Positions 41,753 to 55,426 of a DNA stretch of 64,000 nucleotides are shown piece after piece. This DNA is from Octopus vulgaris. Lineage: Eukaryota. Position numbers and translations under genes: made by a program. The notes beneath the pieces are model-generated. The model did no database searches. It was given only the letters and a program-made list of their open reading frames with translations, and was not told where the DNA came from. Within the stretch, counting starts at the first letter, position 1. Every line of letters begins with the position of its first letter. The stretch spans positions 207,328,001 to 207,392,000 of the forward strand of contig OX597815.1 in the NCBI GenBank assembly GCA_951406725.2, in the 5' to 3' direction.

Positions 41753-43492
41753 GACCCGCCCCCAACTAGTGCTTGACGAGTTTTGGTTAGTCTACGTCTC
41801 CGAAACTTAGTGGTAAGGCAAATCCGATCGATAGAATAAGTACTACACGTTAAAAGATTATATATCTATATACATGTACTGAGGTGGCTTTCATTGACTA
41901 AACCTTCCAGGCGGTGTCCCAACTTGGCCGCAGTCCAATGACTGAAACAATGACTAAAGATAAGATAAATGACTTAAAGAAGCTACAACTTGTAGTCATG
42001 GTTAAGATTGATAGTAATACAAATATGAATAAAATATTATTTCCCTCTTCATTCATTAGCTTCTCGATGTATGTGTTAGTCTAGACTGTTATATTTAAAT
42101 TGTTCGTTTGTATTTCCTTTTTTGTATGTGCGTGTGACAAATTCAAGTTTGCCATGAAAAGAAGTGTACAAACCTTTTATTATTACTATAGCGTTTCTGA
42201 AGGTAGCTGAAAGATCGCTTTAACAAATCTGACATATCTATTACTGACAAACACGGCCTCTACTATACAAATGATAATGTATACAACCTTGCAAAACTGT
42301 TTGCTAAGCGCTAATTTACATAGCGCGTGGGCAACGTGTACATTGATAAATGTAAATATGAATAATACTAAATGATATAGACCTACACTCATACTTGTAT
42401 ACATTATATATATGTATATATACATACATTTTACATATATACATATGTCTAGTTTAGAAAAACTATCCACGTGAGGAATAACAAAAAAGATTTGTTAGGA
42501 TATGAAAATATTGGAATATTAAAAAAAAAAATATTCGGTCGGTAGACTGAATAAATCAGAAAGAAAAAAAGAAAACGATTTTTTAACGTTGGGCAAATAT
42601 TTATATAAAGAAACAAGAAAGACGAGTCGAGTCTTAGCTAAAGATACATTTAATTCCTGTATTTGTATAATCTCAGAAAAATCAAGTGAAGAAGAAAGGA
42701 AAAAGTACAATGCATGACAGAAATAATAGGATAAAAGGAAATAAGAAGAGAAGAAAGGAGCAATGATCTGCATAATTATTCCCAATACATTCCGGTAGAT
42801 TCTAAGGCTAATATGCTAGTCGCTGTTGTGTATGTCACAGAAGATCTTCCTTTTACAACAACGAGTTTATAATACATTTGGCTTACTAGCGCTAGAGATT
42901 TGTGGAGACTGATGTTTTGACATCTGGTTTCTCTTCTACTAGAAGTTCCCGGAAAGAATGATCAAAACATGTTATATTGATAAAACATGAATGAGTGATA
43001 AGGTAAAATTTGATCGAAAGGAATTTGATAAAACTTTTAAATAAATGAATTGCTTGGATAAATAAAAATCGGAGTTAGATGCTTGAGAACGATTTATAAG
43101 AAGCTAACAAATGACATTTTAGTCGTGTAAGGGGAGAGAGAGAGACCGTGATTTATTTAACCCGACACATTTACCTGTATTTACCTGAATTCCAGCAAAA
43201 GTTATAGCGAAAGCTCTTGTTACAAAGTTGAAAGAGGTACAAAAATACTTTCTCGTAATACATCACTGAAATTATGATATTTCATCTTCAATAACGATAT
43301 TTATCGTATTTCATTCGCTTTACGAAAATTTGCGCGTAAATGAAAGTCACATCAAAGTATGGTTGAAAGTCTTATCATGTACATTGTTTTGTCTTGGTAT
43401 AAAAGATGAGCTACAACAAATACTCTGCTCAATACCACAGATTTGTTTGTCACTTGATTGACCTTAACCAGTTGAGCATGTCCTTTAGTGGT

Positions 43493-43698
43493 TGCTGGAA
43501 GAAACGTTAGCACGCCGGGTGAAATGCGTAGCCATATTTCGTCTGCCGTTACGTTCTGAGTTCAAATTCCGCCGAGGTCGACTTTGCCTTTCATCCTTTC
43601 GGGGTCGATAAATTAAGTACCAGTTGCGTACTGGTGTCGATATAATGAACTGGCCACGCCTCCCCAAAAGTTTCGGGCTTTGTGCCTAGAGTAGAAAA
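43493..43698 (+). mobile_element. SINE family B
   Basis: Match to the family B consensus. Confidence 0.85.
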
Positions 43699-44500
43699 AG
43701 ATATGTGCATCTCTTATCACGAGCAGAAGTAGTGGGGGAACATCATAGCCACGTGTTGAGAGGAATTCTTTGAATAATTCACCTCTGGAAACATGGCTGT
43801 TTCATTCAACATCCTTAAACAACCCTTTTTCAAGGACCATTCGAGCGGCATGGGCTACTCAACCTCAAGAAAATTCTAATTGGGCCCCACTTTACTTTAC
43901 TTGAGGATTAAGTACGTTTAACACAGTATATGCACCAAATAGGAAATTGTTTTTGGTACTTAAGACGTATGTCAGTTCAATGGCAAAGCACAACATTATA
44001 GCGATATACTATGATACATAGAATAGAAAGAGATTGCAAGTAGTCATCAAGGAAAGGAAATAGGGTGTGAGAGGAACAGATATAGGAATATCGGATATAT
44101 GAAAGAGCGAGAGAGAAAGAATTAGGGCGAGTGAAAAAGGAGAGGTGGAAAGAAAAATGATGAGCACTATAACAGAATTAGAGATAACGAGTGAGAGGCA
44201 CCGAGGATAATGAAGTATAGAGCGTAAGAGTAAGAATGTGAAGAGGCGACCTTTCAAATATGCACCAGGTAATTAGCAACCAAACAAGAATTTCTTAGTC
44301 ACAGAGACACAAATTTCATTCACAAATAACATTTTTTTCTTGCAAGATCTCATATACTGTCAAAAGTGATTTTGTGTATGACCAATGTTTAACGTGAATT
44401 GGGAACAAGAGTTGCTTAACAACAAGGAACACAAGAAGAAATTGGAGTAAATATATCACGAAATATTGAAAAGAATCAGAAATAAAACCCATAATTTTAA

Positions 44501-44814
44501 CGGGAGTGGCTGTGTGGTAAGTAGCTTGCTTACGAACCACATGGTTCCGGGTTCAGTCCCACTGCGGGCACCTTGGGCAAGTGTCTTCTACTATAGCCTA
44601 CTACTGTATGTGTGTGTATATGTCTGTGTTTGTCCCCCACAACATCGCTTGACAATCGATGTTGGTGTGTTTACGTCCCCGTAACTTAGCGGTTCGGCAA
44701 AAAGAAACCGATAGAATAAGTACTAGTCTTACAAAGAATAAGTCCTGGGGTCGATTTGCTCGACTAAAGGCGCTGCTCCAGTATGGCCGCAGTCAAATGA
44801 CTGAAACAAGTAAA

Positions 44815-44817
<3 letters not shown>
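44501..44817 (+). mobile_element. SINE family A with internal deletion
   Basis: Consensus match lacking the segment before the microsatellite. Confidence 0.88.
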
Positions 44818-44855
<38 letters not shown>

Positions 44856-44856
<1 letters not shown>

Positions 44857-45005
44857 GGGAAAGTTTACGAAAATAAACAAAAGACGAAGGCAGGTGGAGT
44901 ACAAACAAACAAATGTATTATTATGGCGCTCAGGAATAGAAATAGAACAAGTCTTTTACGTTTCGAGCCTACGCTCTTCGACAGAAAGATACACAGAAAA
45001 GAAAC
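44856..45005 (-). mobile_element. Penelope-like fragment abutting (TA)n, with hammerhead-like core
   Basis: Minus strand CTGTCGAAGAGCGTAGGCTCGAAACGTA at about 44957-44984. The first ~85 nt closely match 28238-28340. Confidence 0.5.
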
Positions 45006-45009
45006 ATAT

Positions 45010-45172
45010 AGGCGCAGGAGTGGCTGTGTGGTAAGTAGCTTGCTAACCAACTACATGGTTCCGGGTTCAGTCCCACTGCGTGGCATCTTGGGCAAGTGTC
45101 TTCTGTTATAGCCCCGGGCCGACCAATGCCTTGTGAGTGGATTTGGTAGACGGAAACTGAAAGAAGCCTGTC

Positions 45173-45211
<39 letters not shown>

Positions 45212-45435
45212 GTGTGTGTGTGTGTTTGTGTGTCTGTGTTTGTCCCTCTAGCATTGCTTGACAACCGATGCTGGTGTGTTTACGTCCCCGTCACTTAGCG
45301 GTTCGGCAAAAGAGACCGATAGAATAAGTACTGGGCTTACAAAGAATAAGTTCCGGGGTCGATTTGCTCGACTAAAAGGCGGTACTCCAGCATGGCCGCA
45401 GTCAAATGACTGAAACAAGTAAAAGAGTAAAGAGT
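45010..45435 (+). mobile_element. SINE family A
   Basis: Full-length copy ending about 520 bp upstream of the first identified exon. Confidence 0.9.
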
Positions 45436-45957
45436 ATATGTGGTTGGTACATTTGTAGACAATTCCGTTTCTTCGCAGAGCGCAGTGTCGGGTTATGGGA
45501 TCTGCATACTTCCACTGCGCCACTCTGCTCAGCGAGTAATTTTAAGCAAATCTTGGTACATAATATATTATTTCTTTTATTGTAAGTTTTGGTTTCATTA
45601 CTTCTATTGTATCAGCCATCATGTTATTGTTTATTTATTTTATTCCGTGCATTGGATCCTTTCGAATCTATGAAATATAGCAACTACATAATGCACACAG
45701 CTAACACTGAGTTGCTAATTTGCTAACCTAAAGGTGACATCCAAGAATCACATCCGATAAGCTACCTGCATTGATCAATGCAGTACAAATTTTTCTGTCT
45801 CTTCATTTGTCATTTCCAGATCAGCCAGAAGCAAATTAATTCTATAAAGATTTCCCCATTGCAGCATAGCAAGCGAATGCGCTAGTAGTGATATTTGTCA
45901 TAATTTATCATAAAATAGAAAACATTCCTTTACAACATTATTATTTCTGCATTGCAG

Positions 45958-46122
45958 GGAGTTTGTGTTCCAGTACTTAGCAACTGGGCGCCGTGGAGTG
46001 CGTATGGTCCTTGCATGAAGACGTGTGGTCAAGGGATTTCATTCAAACGACGCATGTGCCAGAGCCGTAAACAAGCTGATTGCCCTGGAGAACATACGAA
46101 ATATAAAATATGTAACGATCAG
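45958..46122 (+). CDS. ADAMTS/ADAMTS-like gene, exon encoding thrombospondin type-1 repeat 1
   Basis: Acceptor ttgcAG (45956-57), donor GTaaaa (46123), phase 0/0, 55 codons: GVCVPVLSNWAPWSAYGPCMKTCGQGISFKRRMCQSRKQADCPGEHTKYKICNDQ. Has the WxxW, CxxTCGxG, RxRxC-like and terminal C pattern of TSP1. Confidence 0.93.
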
Positions 46123-48190
46123 GTAAAAATATTTGCAATATTTCTTCTGCTTTAGTTTTGGAATATTAACTTTTAATAAATTGCTCTTACATGTTGATAT
46201 CTATATGTACAATGGGCAGTAGTTATTTCTATATAATTAAGACAAATATTCTCCATTATAGCGTATACTGAAGCCCTGTATAAATCAATATTTCTTTTAG
46301 CATTCAAGACTGAAGGAAAGATAACCACTTGAGAGGTATAAAATATCATCGTAATCGGATTTTTTTGTCTTTTTAGCATTTCACTATTTCTGTAGCATAT
46401 CCTATAATGCAACTTTGAATACTTTCGTTTTAGTTGAGTGTCTTCAATTCAGTATTGATGCTACCTGTCTACAAAAGTTCATATTTATGGACTCTTCGAT
46501 TCTGAGAAAAAGCTACCACTCTTCTTTCTATTGGATCCCACAATACATTAACCTTTCAGTGCTTCACGTTTCACATTAAACATTAATTTTCATCGCTACA
46601 CAGTATACTCCTTGTAATGTTCTTATTTTTTATGATATTCGTATTTCTATGACTGATGCTGTTCTTCCTGAGTTTTCTAGTCTCCGTTTTGCAGTTTTAC
46701 CTTTTCCTAATGAAATATTAATATTAAGGTCTGTTACTAGATCATTCATTATAAAGGTTTGCTCTCTATATCAGATCATCCTCCAAATTAATAATTCATC
46801 TTTGTACGTCCTTTATTCACTTTTTTTATAGAACACTAATTTCCACTGGTCTTGTCATTCTCCTTAATCGAGTCCGGAAGCGAGTTTCTAATTTTTTGGC
46901 TTCTGTTTATGAACTCCAACTTCAACCCCTTTCTTGTTTCCAAGACACTGTTTCTTTATCTCTATTCTAAAAGCGCTTCTATGCCGAATTTCTTCTCTTG
47001 TACAACCTCTTAAGTTTAAACATTGAGTGTTATGTCTTTATCAGTTCTTATCCTTTCACTTCTGTCATTTCCTCTGGTAAGAAGAATAAGAAAATCTCTT
47101 ATTCGCATAAAACAATTTTAGTAGCTTTTTAAAACATTATATTGGTCGTTTTAAGTTTTTTAGAGCAGGCACTTTCTCACATTTTCTTTAACTCTTGAAG
47201 CCTGTTTATCGCTGGTTACTTACTACCTTGTTGGAATGGAGTTAACTTCCATTAAAAAAAATATATCTAATTTCATCTGATATTAGAATCTAGTTGGCTA
47301 TTATTTTCTAAAAAAAATTTAATGGTTTGAAAACTTGTTATCAGAATCCAAACTTTACGATGTAGAACATGTGATATTTCCATGAGACCTTTGAGTATTT
47401 ATAAATATATATTTTAAATACAAACATATAGAATATCAATGAAAGAAGTCTCCCGGGGTAAAAAAAGCATTCTCAAGATTCCAATGGAACTTCAAATTGT
47501 CTCTTACTTACTTCTGAAATAATGTGTACTGATAATATGTGGCAAGAGTATTTTAGATAAATATTTGTATATATTTACTGACTTATTGACACGTCTATCT
47601 TTTAATTTCAAACTAGATATACAGTTACCTCATTAAACCAATTAGCAACATTTTAACTTTTGAACCACCCTATTATTAGTCAATTAGGAATGTTTGTGAC
47701 ACAGAAGCACCAGCAAATATTATTAAAGTGACAAGTAGAATATTGATACAAGCAGTATAAATTACACCCATTACAGCCATAATATTACTACTATGGTGGC
47801 TGATATAATGTAGTCTCACGAAATATAAATATTTCCTTTTTATGTCAAATATTAAAGTGTCGGGCATTTTGCAGCTTGGTGAATATTTGACACACTTTTA
47901 AATTGTGTAAACTTAGATATCCAGTGCAGAAGTATTGGGTAATAGACATATGAAATTTATAAAAAATAAGTAGAGTAAATTGTTTGATGTGCTGAAATAT
48001 AAAACTATAATTTTATTAAAGCAATGCTTTAGATCAGGGATTCCCAAACTGAGATAAATTTGCGTTCTGGGAATAATTTACTGGTTCAGATTTTGTAAAT
48101 ATAATTTTCATTGTAATTTTAAAAAATCTGAGTTGAGAAGAAAATTTAAAGTGGTCCTTTATTTTCCTTTCTATCCCTGTGGATTTATGA

Positions 48191-49098
48191 TTGCAACCAA
48201 CTGCAAAAAAATATCGTCGGTAATATATCTTCCATTCATAATAGGACAGAAATAAGTATAGGAATTTGCGGAAGTTTTGAATTTCTACACGCGAGATTTA
48301 CTGTTACTAAGTAAACACCTTAGTTCCATTGTCACCAAAATTTACCTCACTCTTTCAAGGAATATCTTATTTTTCATTCATGGAATGTACGAGTTTTCCC
48401 AGCGAGGCTATAGTAGAAGACACTTGCCCAAGGTGTCACGCAGTGGGACTGAACCCAGAAACATGTGGTTGGTGAGCAAGCTACTTACCACACAGCCACT
48501 CCTGCGCCTTGGTTAACCAATTTAATCAATAAACTAATCGATTGTTTGATTAATTGTTCGGTCATTCTTTCATCGAGGTTCGTTAAAGTCTCTTTTAATA
48601 ATTCACATTGTACACCTCTCGCCTGTTGTGTTACTAATGAAGTAGTTTGATTCATAAAACTGTTTGTTCTGATGTCTGTCCAAAACTGAAACGACATTGT
48701 TATGTGTTAGGCTTGTTGTTATTGTTATTTGAACTTAATAATGTCTGACGAGGATTTTAAATTTCCTCTTTGTTCCATTGTTTCATTGTGGTATAATAAG
48801 TTTAAGCTCCAGTTTCAGAACAAAAGCGATTGGCTGTATATTTACTTTCAAAAACAAATGCCGGGATGTAAATGGAAACTAAAGAGCTGGGAAAACTCGT
48901 ACATTCCATGAATGAAAAATAAGATATTCCTTGAAAGAGTGAGGTAAAATTTGGTGACAATGGAAATAAGGTGTTTACTTAGTAGCAGTAAATCTCGCGT
49001 GTAGAAATTCAAAACTTCCGCAAAATCTTACACTTATTTCTGTCCTATTATGAATGGAAGATATATTACCGACGATATTTTTTTGCAGTTGGCTGCAA
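48191..49098. repeat. 213-bp inverted duplication (48191-48403 versus 48886-49098)
   Basis: The arms are high-identity reverse complements (ttgcaaccaactgcaaaaaaatatcgtcgg...gagttttcccagc). Confidence 0.92.
48402..48595 (+). repeat. Direct duplicate of 49941-50134 (SINE 5' end plus unique flank)
   Basis: Both copies share cccagaaacatgtggtt.gtgagcaagc and the flank ttggttaaccaatttaatc...cgttaaagtctcttt. Confidence 0.92.
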
Positions 49099-49104
49099 CT
49101 ATAA

Positions 49105-49545
49105 ATGGTGAACCTCCTCTGTCTCTGGTAGAAACTGAATGCAAGGGACTTCACCTCAGTACCAAGAAAATGGAATGTGTGATCCACCACAGTTTACATA
49201 GCGCTCTAAATCCTTAAAAGTGTTCCGTTCAAGCGAGTTCTTGAATTCAAGTAATTCAGAACATTCACAGCAGACTCAGGCGACGGTATTACTATTCCTA
49301 GAGGCCTTGCTAAGAAAGGCACCCAATCTCATGAAAATATGTAATCCCTAGAGAATATTTCTCAGAGCAGTAGAGACTCTCTCTCTTTACAGCTGTAACG
49401 AGATGGGAGCGATGATCTCCCCACGTAAATACTAATCGGACACAGATTGTGTGTCGTTAGCCAGCTGGAAGAGATGTCTTCTTGGACCTATAAACGTGAG
49501 AACCACTGTCCCGTGTAGGACGCCACACTTGGCAATTATATGTTA
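49105..49545 (+). mobile_element. Highly decayed LINE (RTE-like) reverse-transcriptase fragment
   Basis: ECKGLHLSTKKMECV and KRVLEFK*FRTF resemble the RT C-terminal motifs GL.IN..KT..M and V..FKYLGS. Confidence 0.45.
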
Positions 49546-49593
49546 CGATTCCGTATTGCTACTGTTTATATCTCGCTTAGAGATTTAATATAG

Positions 49594-49628
<35 letters not shown>

Positions 49629-49630
<2 letters not shown>

Positions 49631-50048
49631 CTCTTTTACTCTTCTACTTGTTTCAGTCATTTGACTGCGTCCATGCTGGAGCACCGCCTTTAGTCGAGCA
49701 AATCGACCCCGGGACTTATTCTTTGTAAGCCTAGTACTTATTCTATCGGTCTCTTTTGCCGAACCGCTAAGTTACGGGAACGTAAGCACACCAGCATCGG
49801 TTGTCAAGCGATGCTGGGGAGACAAACACAGACACACCAACATATACATACACATACATATATATGTAGAGAGAGACATGTATACGACGGGCTTCTTTCA
49901 GTTTCCGTCTACCAAATCTACTCACAAGGCTTTGGTCGGCGCGAGGCTATAGTAGAAGACATTTGCCCAAGATGCCACGCAGTGGGACTGAACCCAGAAA
50001 CATGTGGTTTGTGAGCAAGCTACTTACCACACAGCCACTCCTGCGCCT
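49629..50048 (-). mobile_element. SINE family A
   Basis: Full-length reverse copy in an intron. Confidence 0.9.
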
Positions 50049-50495
50049 TGGTTAACCAATTTAATCAATAAACTAATCGATTGTTTGATTAATTGTTCGG
50101 TCATTCTTTCATCGAGGTTCGTTAAAGTCTCTTTGCTTCTAAAAGGCACGAGTATAGACTTGAAGTAAATCTGGAGCTGAGAGGGCATGCCTTTTAATGA
50201 GGTCGCAATTAGTGACGAAAGAGCTTTGAGAAACCTGGCTGATTTATTGATTGGTTCATTGATTAATTGACCGATCGACTTATCAAATAATCGATAAGTT
50301 ATTTGATTAGATTGTTAAGCAATTTACTATTGACAAATAAAGAAGTGAAGTAGAACCAGTGCCTGTGTCTATTATTTATGACACACCCGAAATACCACAA
50401 AATCTGTTTACATCGAGAATCTCTTGCGAACTAAATATAAAAAAAACGAAATACAAAGATAAGTTTGTGTTAGTAAGCCTGTAATATATATATGT

Positions 50496-51047
<552 letters not shown>

Positions 51048-51299
51048 AATTAGATCTTAGCTTTATATTTCTATTGACATTACATGTCCTAATTTTATAT
51101 TTTATACAATGTCATCAAAATAGTGAAACAACATAATACCACATCAACAATTAATTATAATCAATATGGATAGTTTTATCAATTTTATTTTTATTATATA
51201 TTAAAAAAATTATTAACACATACGGTACATATAATTTGAAAGATACGCTAAAACATTCCTTGTCCATTACGTTTTATCTTCTTTTTTTATATTCACTAG

Positions 51300-51527
51300 G
51301 AATGTCCCGGTGGTGCTAGCGATGTACGAAAGTCACTCTGTCAACGTTACAATCACGTTGCACAGAAAGGAAAATATTTGTCATGGACCTCGATGGTGGA
51401 ACCAAATAACATCTGCACATTAGTATGCAAAGCTAATTCAGGTGGACATGTTGTAAAGTTGCAGTCTGTTGACTTGGATGGGATTGAATGCGGAAATGGA
51501 TCGTACTGTCTTGGTGGAAAATGTTCC
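51300..51527 (+). CDS. ADAMTS/ADAMTS-like gene, exon encoding most of the cysteine-rich domain
   Basis: Polypyrimidine tract plus ctAG (51298-99), donor GTAAGT (51528), phase 0/0, 76 codons: ECPGGASDVRKSLCQRYN...SW...NICTLVCKA...DGIECGNGSYCLGGKCS. Matches the ADAMTS Cys-rich pattern R..QC..., C.L.C, DGT.C, C..G.C. Confidence 0.93.
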
Positions 51528-51977
51528 GTAAGTATTTACAAAATGTCCTTCCTTACAATAAACATTTTATGTTTCCTAGTTCCATACTTAAGTTCCTGAC
51601 CATCCTCGTCTCTACGTCCTTTTATTTTACTACTCTTTCGAGTGTTTCGTTCCGTAATACTGATTCTGTATTTTGAGAATAAATAGATAAATAAATTCGA
51701 ATTGTGGAATAACATCTGCTCTGCAATGTAATTATCATCAATACTATATACTTAACGTGTATGTGTTGTTTAAAAGCTAGAAGCTGCGGTTTTTCTTCCA
51801 GGAAAAATCCCATTAATAATGTAAAGCGTTAAAAAATTTAATATACTTTAACGAAATCATTGAGGAATTAATCACGGGAGCGGGAGATACCGTATTTCGC
51901 CGTAGTTGCCGCTTATCAATTCTGCTCTCTCGTGTCATTTCCGAAATAAAATCGAAATCTCTAATCTGAAATATATA

Positions 51978-52350
51978 CAGGTAATGTATAAATTATCTGC
52001 TCAATTGCAATCGCTCCGCATAAGCAGAATAAATTCGATTAATGCAATGGAAGCAGCTTTGTAACAAGAACGTTATCAATACTGCTTATTTAATGTATAT
52101 ATGTTCTTTAAACGCTACAAGCTACGGTTTTTAGTCCTGGGAAATCCCTGTAAAGACGTATAGTGTTAAAAAAACACAATATACTTTAGAGGCGAAACAA
52201 AATCACTCCAGATGTGCTCATGAGAGCAAGAGATACTTAATATATGAAGTATTGATAATGTTTACATAATAGAGTTACTTCTGTTGTATTCAGTTTTATT
52301 CTGATTATGCGCCGCAATTGCAAATCGGCGTATAATTTATATATTATCGG
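51978..52350. mobile_element. Old MITE, with a second partial copy immediately upstream (~51680-51925)
   Basis: Degenerate TIRs taatgtataaattatctgctcaattgcaatcgctccgcataagcagaataaa versus tttattctgattatgcgccgcaattgcaaatcggcgtataatttatatatta. Internal sequence is repeated upstream. Confidence 0.65.
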
Positions 52351-52888
52351 TGTATATTTAAGGCTAGATATTTCGATTTCGTTACAGAAGTGACTCGAGT
52401 ATTCGACATTGATGAACCGCTAGTTTTTTAATACCATAAGTCTTTAAAGGGATTTTTTGCGAAAGAAAACTGCATTTTCGGGTGTTTAGAAACACACATA
52501 CATTAGGTTTGTGACACTGAAAATAGATAAATAAGTATACCTTAAGTATGACAAAATAATTTACATACACTCGATCTGTATCCACCTCTCATTTTAATGC
52601 AGTGAAACATCTATAAAGTTAATGCCGCATGATTCTTCTCTTCAAGCATTTTTCTTTCTTTTCTCTTCTATTCTATCATTATTCCTACAACGCAACCACA
52701 AACACATATCATGTACACATCACAACATACACACACATTTATCCCTATTACCAATGATATATTTTTCGTCATGCGTTTATACTCATACTCGCATTGCAAA
52801 ATATGATGACAGCTACTCTAATATTTGAAACCACCTTTTTCCAACAACAATCGGAATCAAACTCGCATTTGATATATACGTATACATA

Positions 52889-54413
52889 CCGGGTGTAACA
52901 GCAAAACTGTCGCGCTCACAAATTCTTAAAACTTCTTAAAACCAATAAACTAATCGAGTTGCAATTTTCTGTGTTTTCTATATAATACGCCTAGCCATTC
53001 TGATGCCAGTTTTTGTAAGGATCAGTGAAATACCCATTGAGATATTTAGCTAGAAAGAGAACAGGCTGAAATCGTTTTGTGCCAGCCTCAATATGTCTTC
53101 CCAACTGAGCAATGTTGAGAGGGCTAAGATTATCCAGGATTTCAGTAATGGTACCAACATTCATTCTCTGGCTTCTGTCTTCAAAGTTCATTCAAGAACC
53201 GTTAAGAGAATTGTGAATAAGTTTGGGTAAAAGGGAATTGTGGAGAGGAAAACTGGATCAGAATGTCATAACTGCAAGAGTGATCATCATTTGAATCTGG
53301 AGTTGGTGACACCAATCAGAAGAGGGCCATCTTAATCCATAAGACGCCTGGTACGTTTAAAAAGCAGTTGCAGAAGATTAGAAAATGAAATCGTACGTGA
53401 GACCTATAAGGCAACTTGTTACTCCAGGACAAAAGGTTAAGAGGTTGAAGAGGGTGAAGATTACCTTGAACAAAGTGAAACATAATTCTGGAGTGACCTT
53501 TTACACAGATGGGAAGGATTTCACGCAAGATACTCACAAAAACATACGCAACAGCTGTGTTCTGACTTCAGATCCTCAACAGAGAACCAAAAATGTCGTT
53601 TTAAGGTGCAAAGACCATGCAAAACTAATGCGTGGCCTTTGATGGCAAGAAGATGCCATTAGTCATGTCTAAGAAAACTGAGAGACTGACAGGAGTTTGT
53701 TATGTTCAGAGTTTGAAAGATGTAAAGACTTAGATTCTTTCTGAATAACTTGAAGCAAGAGACGGGGGAAGCCCCAACAAGATCATTAAGGACTTTAAGT
53801 TTACATTCCAGCAAGATAGAACTTGTCACACAAGTGGAGTGGCTGAAACATTTCTCAGGGATGAGTCTGGAAACAAGTTTTGGGATAGGGTAATTGGCCC
53901 CTTCATTTGAACCCTTTAGATTTCAGCATCTGGAATGAACTGGACAGTAAAGCTTGTAAAAAGCCTCACAGTAACTCACAAACCTTTAAAAACTTCATTC
54001 GTGAGACGTGGGCGGACGACATTGATGAGGAATTCATTAAAAAAACTTGTGGTACAGTCAGGAAGAGGGCTGAGGAAGTCACTGCCAAAAGAGGAGCTAC
54101 TCTTAATGCATAACACGAAGGATTTCGGCCAGATTTGTCTCTGGTACTTTGAAATAAATCTAAGATTTCATTAGAATTTTATTCCAATACGGTATGAACT
54201 CTCTATCCTGCAGTGTCATTTTCGTCTATAATCAACTTTATCACAATTTTTCTGATGAGATTGGAGAGTAATCACCATTTTACCAGCTCTAAGTAGAATC
54301 CGTTACTATTAGAAAAACATCTAGTAATTTCTTTAAGTTATCTTTAAGCATTCCAGAGATTCACAGGTTCGAAGTTGAATGTAAGATTTGGACAATTTTG
54401 CTATTACACCCAA
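52889..54413 (+). mobile_element. Full-length but dead Tc1/mariner (maT/DD37D-like) transposon in an intron
   Basis: 23-bp TIRs (ccgggtgtaacagcaaaactgtc / gacaattttgctattacacccaa, 19/23 match) with TA on both sides. Transposase remnants: RTVKRIV..F..KG.VERK.GS, FYTDGKDF, FQQD, LNPLDFSIW, with stops and frameshifts. Confidence 0.9.
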
Positions 54414-55101
54414 TATATATGTGTGCAAGCGCACGGGCATGTGTGTGTGTGAATGTGTGCGCGCTTACACAGGCGCACAACCCTCACATACAAAAGGCAT
54501 AGATATATATGGAATGAGCAGTTACTCGTAATGTAGTTGAGAAATAAGATACTTTTCAGGTTAAGAAAAACGGTGCGCATAATTTATAAATTTCGTTAAT
54601 TTTATTAGTAACAATTTTTAACTGCAATTTTTCTTCCAACTGATACTAAAGAACCTACAAAAGTTAGGGAATAGAAACAATAACACTTAAGATTGTAATT
54701 CTGCTTCACATCACTTCAAAGTGATACAGTTCTAAATGAAGACATTACAAAGTACTTTAGAAAAAATGTGATAACATTTGAATCCAAAATACCGTTGTTG
54801 CTAGTGTTAATTAGGAAAATGTTTGTTGATTATCGAAACAGCAGTAGTGTTGTTTCACATTTATCAGGTTGGTTTCTCCTTTCTTTTCGTATTAGTTACT
54901 TGATATATAATATTAAGGAAAAGCAAAGATTTTTGTTATTAATTTTGATTAAGCGATTTGGTCGGATTCAAACGAGTGTTGATTAAGAGCAAATCGTACT
55001 TATGACGTAAATTATACATTTATCTTTATTTTATACATCAAGAAAATGACAGCATTGTAACTGATACACATACATACATACATAAATACGTGCATACATT
55101 G

Positions 55102-55143
<42 letters not shown>

Positions 55144-55270
55144 ATATATTTAATCACTGCTAATGTTTGTGTGTGGTGCATGGCCGAAACCGAAACTAAA
55201 TTTACGTACAAATCGTAACAAGTACTTGATAAATTGAATTTGCATTCAAATGAGTTTTATATTTTTGCAG

Positions 55271-55426
55271 CCTGTCGGGTGTGATAAAGTATTCGGATCT
55301 GATACTGTTGTGGACATATGTGGCGTTTGTGGCGGTGTTAACGCCACGTGTGATCTCAAATCAGGCACAAAAGCAGGAAAATACTATTGGAAGACAACCT
55401 GGGCTCCGTGTTCTGTGACATGTGGC
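55271..55426 (+). CDS. ADAMTS/ADAMTS-like gene, exon with end of Cys-rich domain and start of TSP1 repeat 2
   Basis: Acceptor ttttgcAG (55269-70), donor GTAAGT (55427), phase 0/0, 52 codons: PVGCDKVFGSDTVVDICGVCGGVNATCDLKSGTKAGKYYWKTTWAPCSVTCG. Contains the family signature VGCD..GS...D.CGVCGG.N.TC. Confidence 0.95.

Noticed and set aside
45470-45581. Candidate first coding exon just upstream of the TSP1 exon
   Set aside because: No ATG-initiated open frame ends at a phase-0 donor, so it cannot be joined to 45958 as coding sequence.
46400-47260. Possible decayed LINE on the minus strand
   Set aside because: The composition is suggestive, but no motif could be read with confidence.
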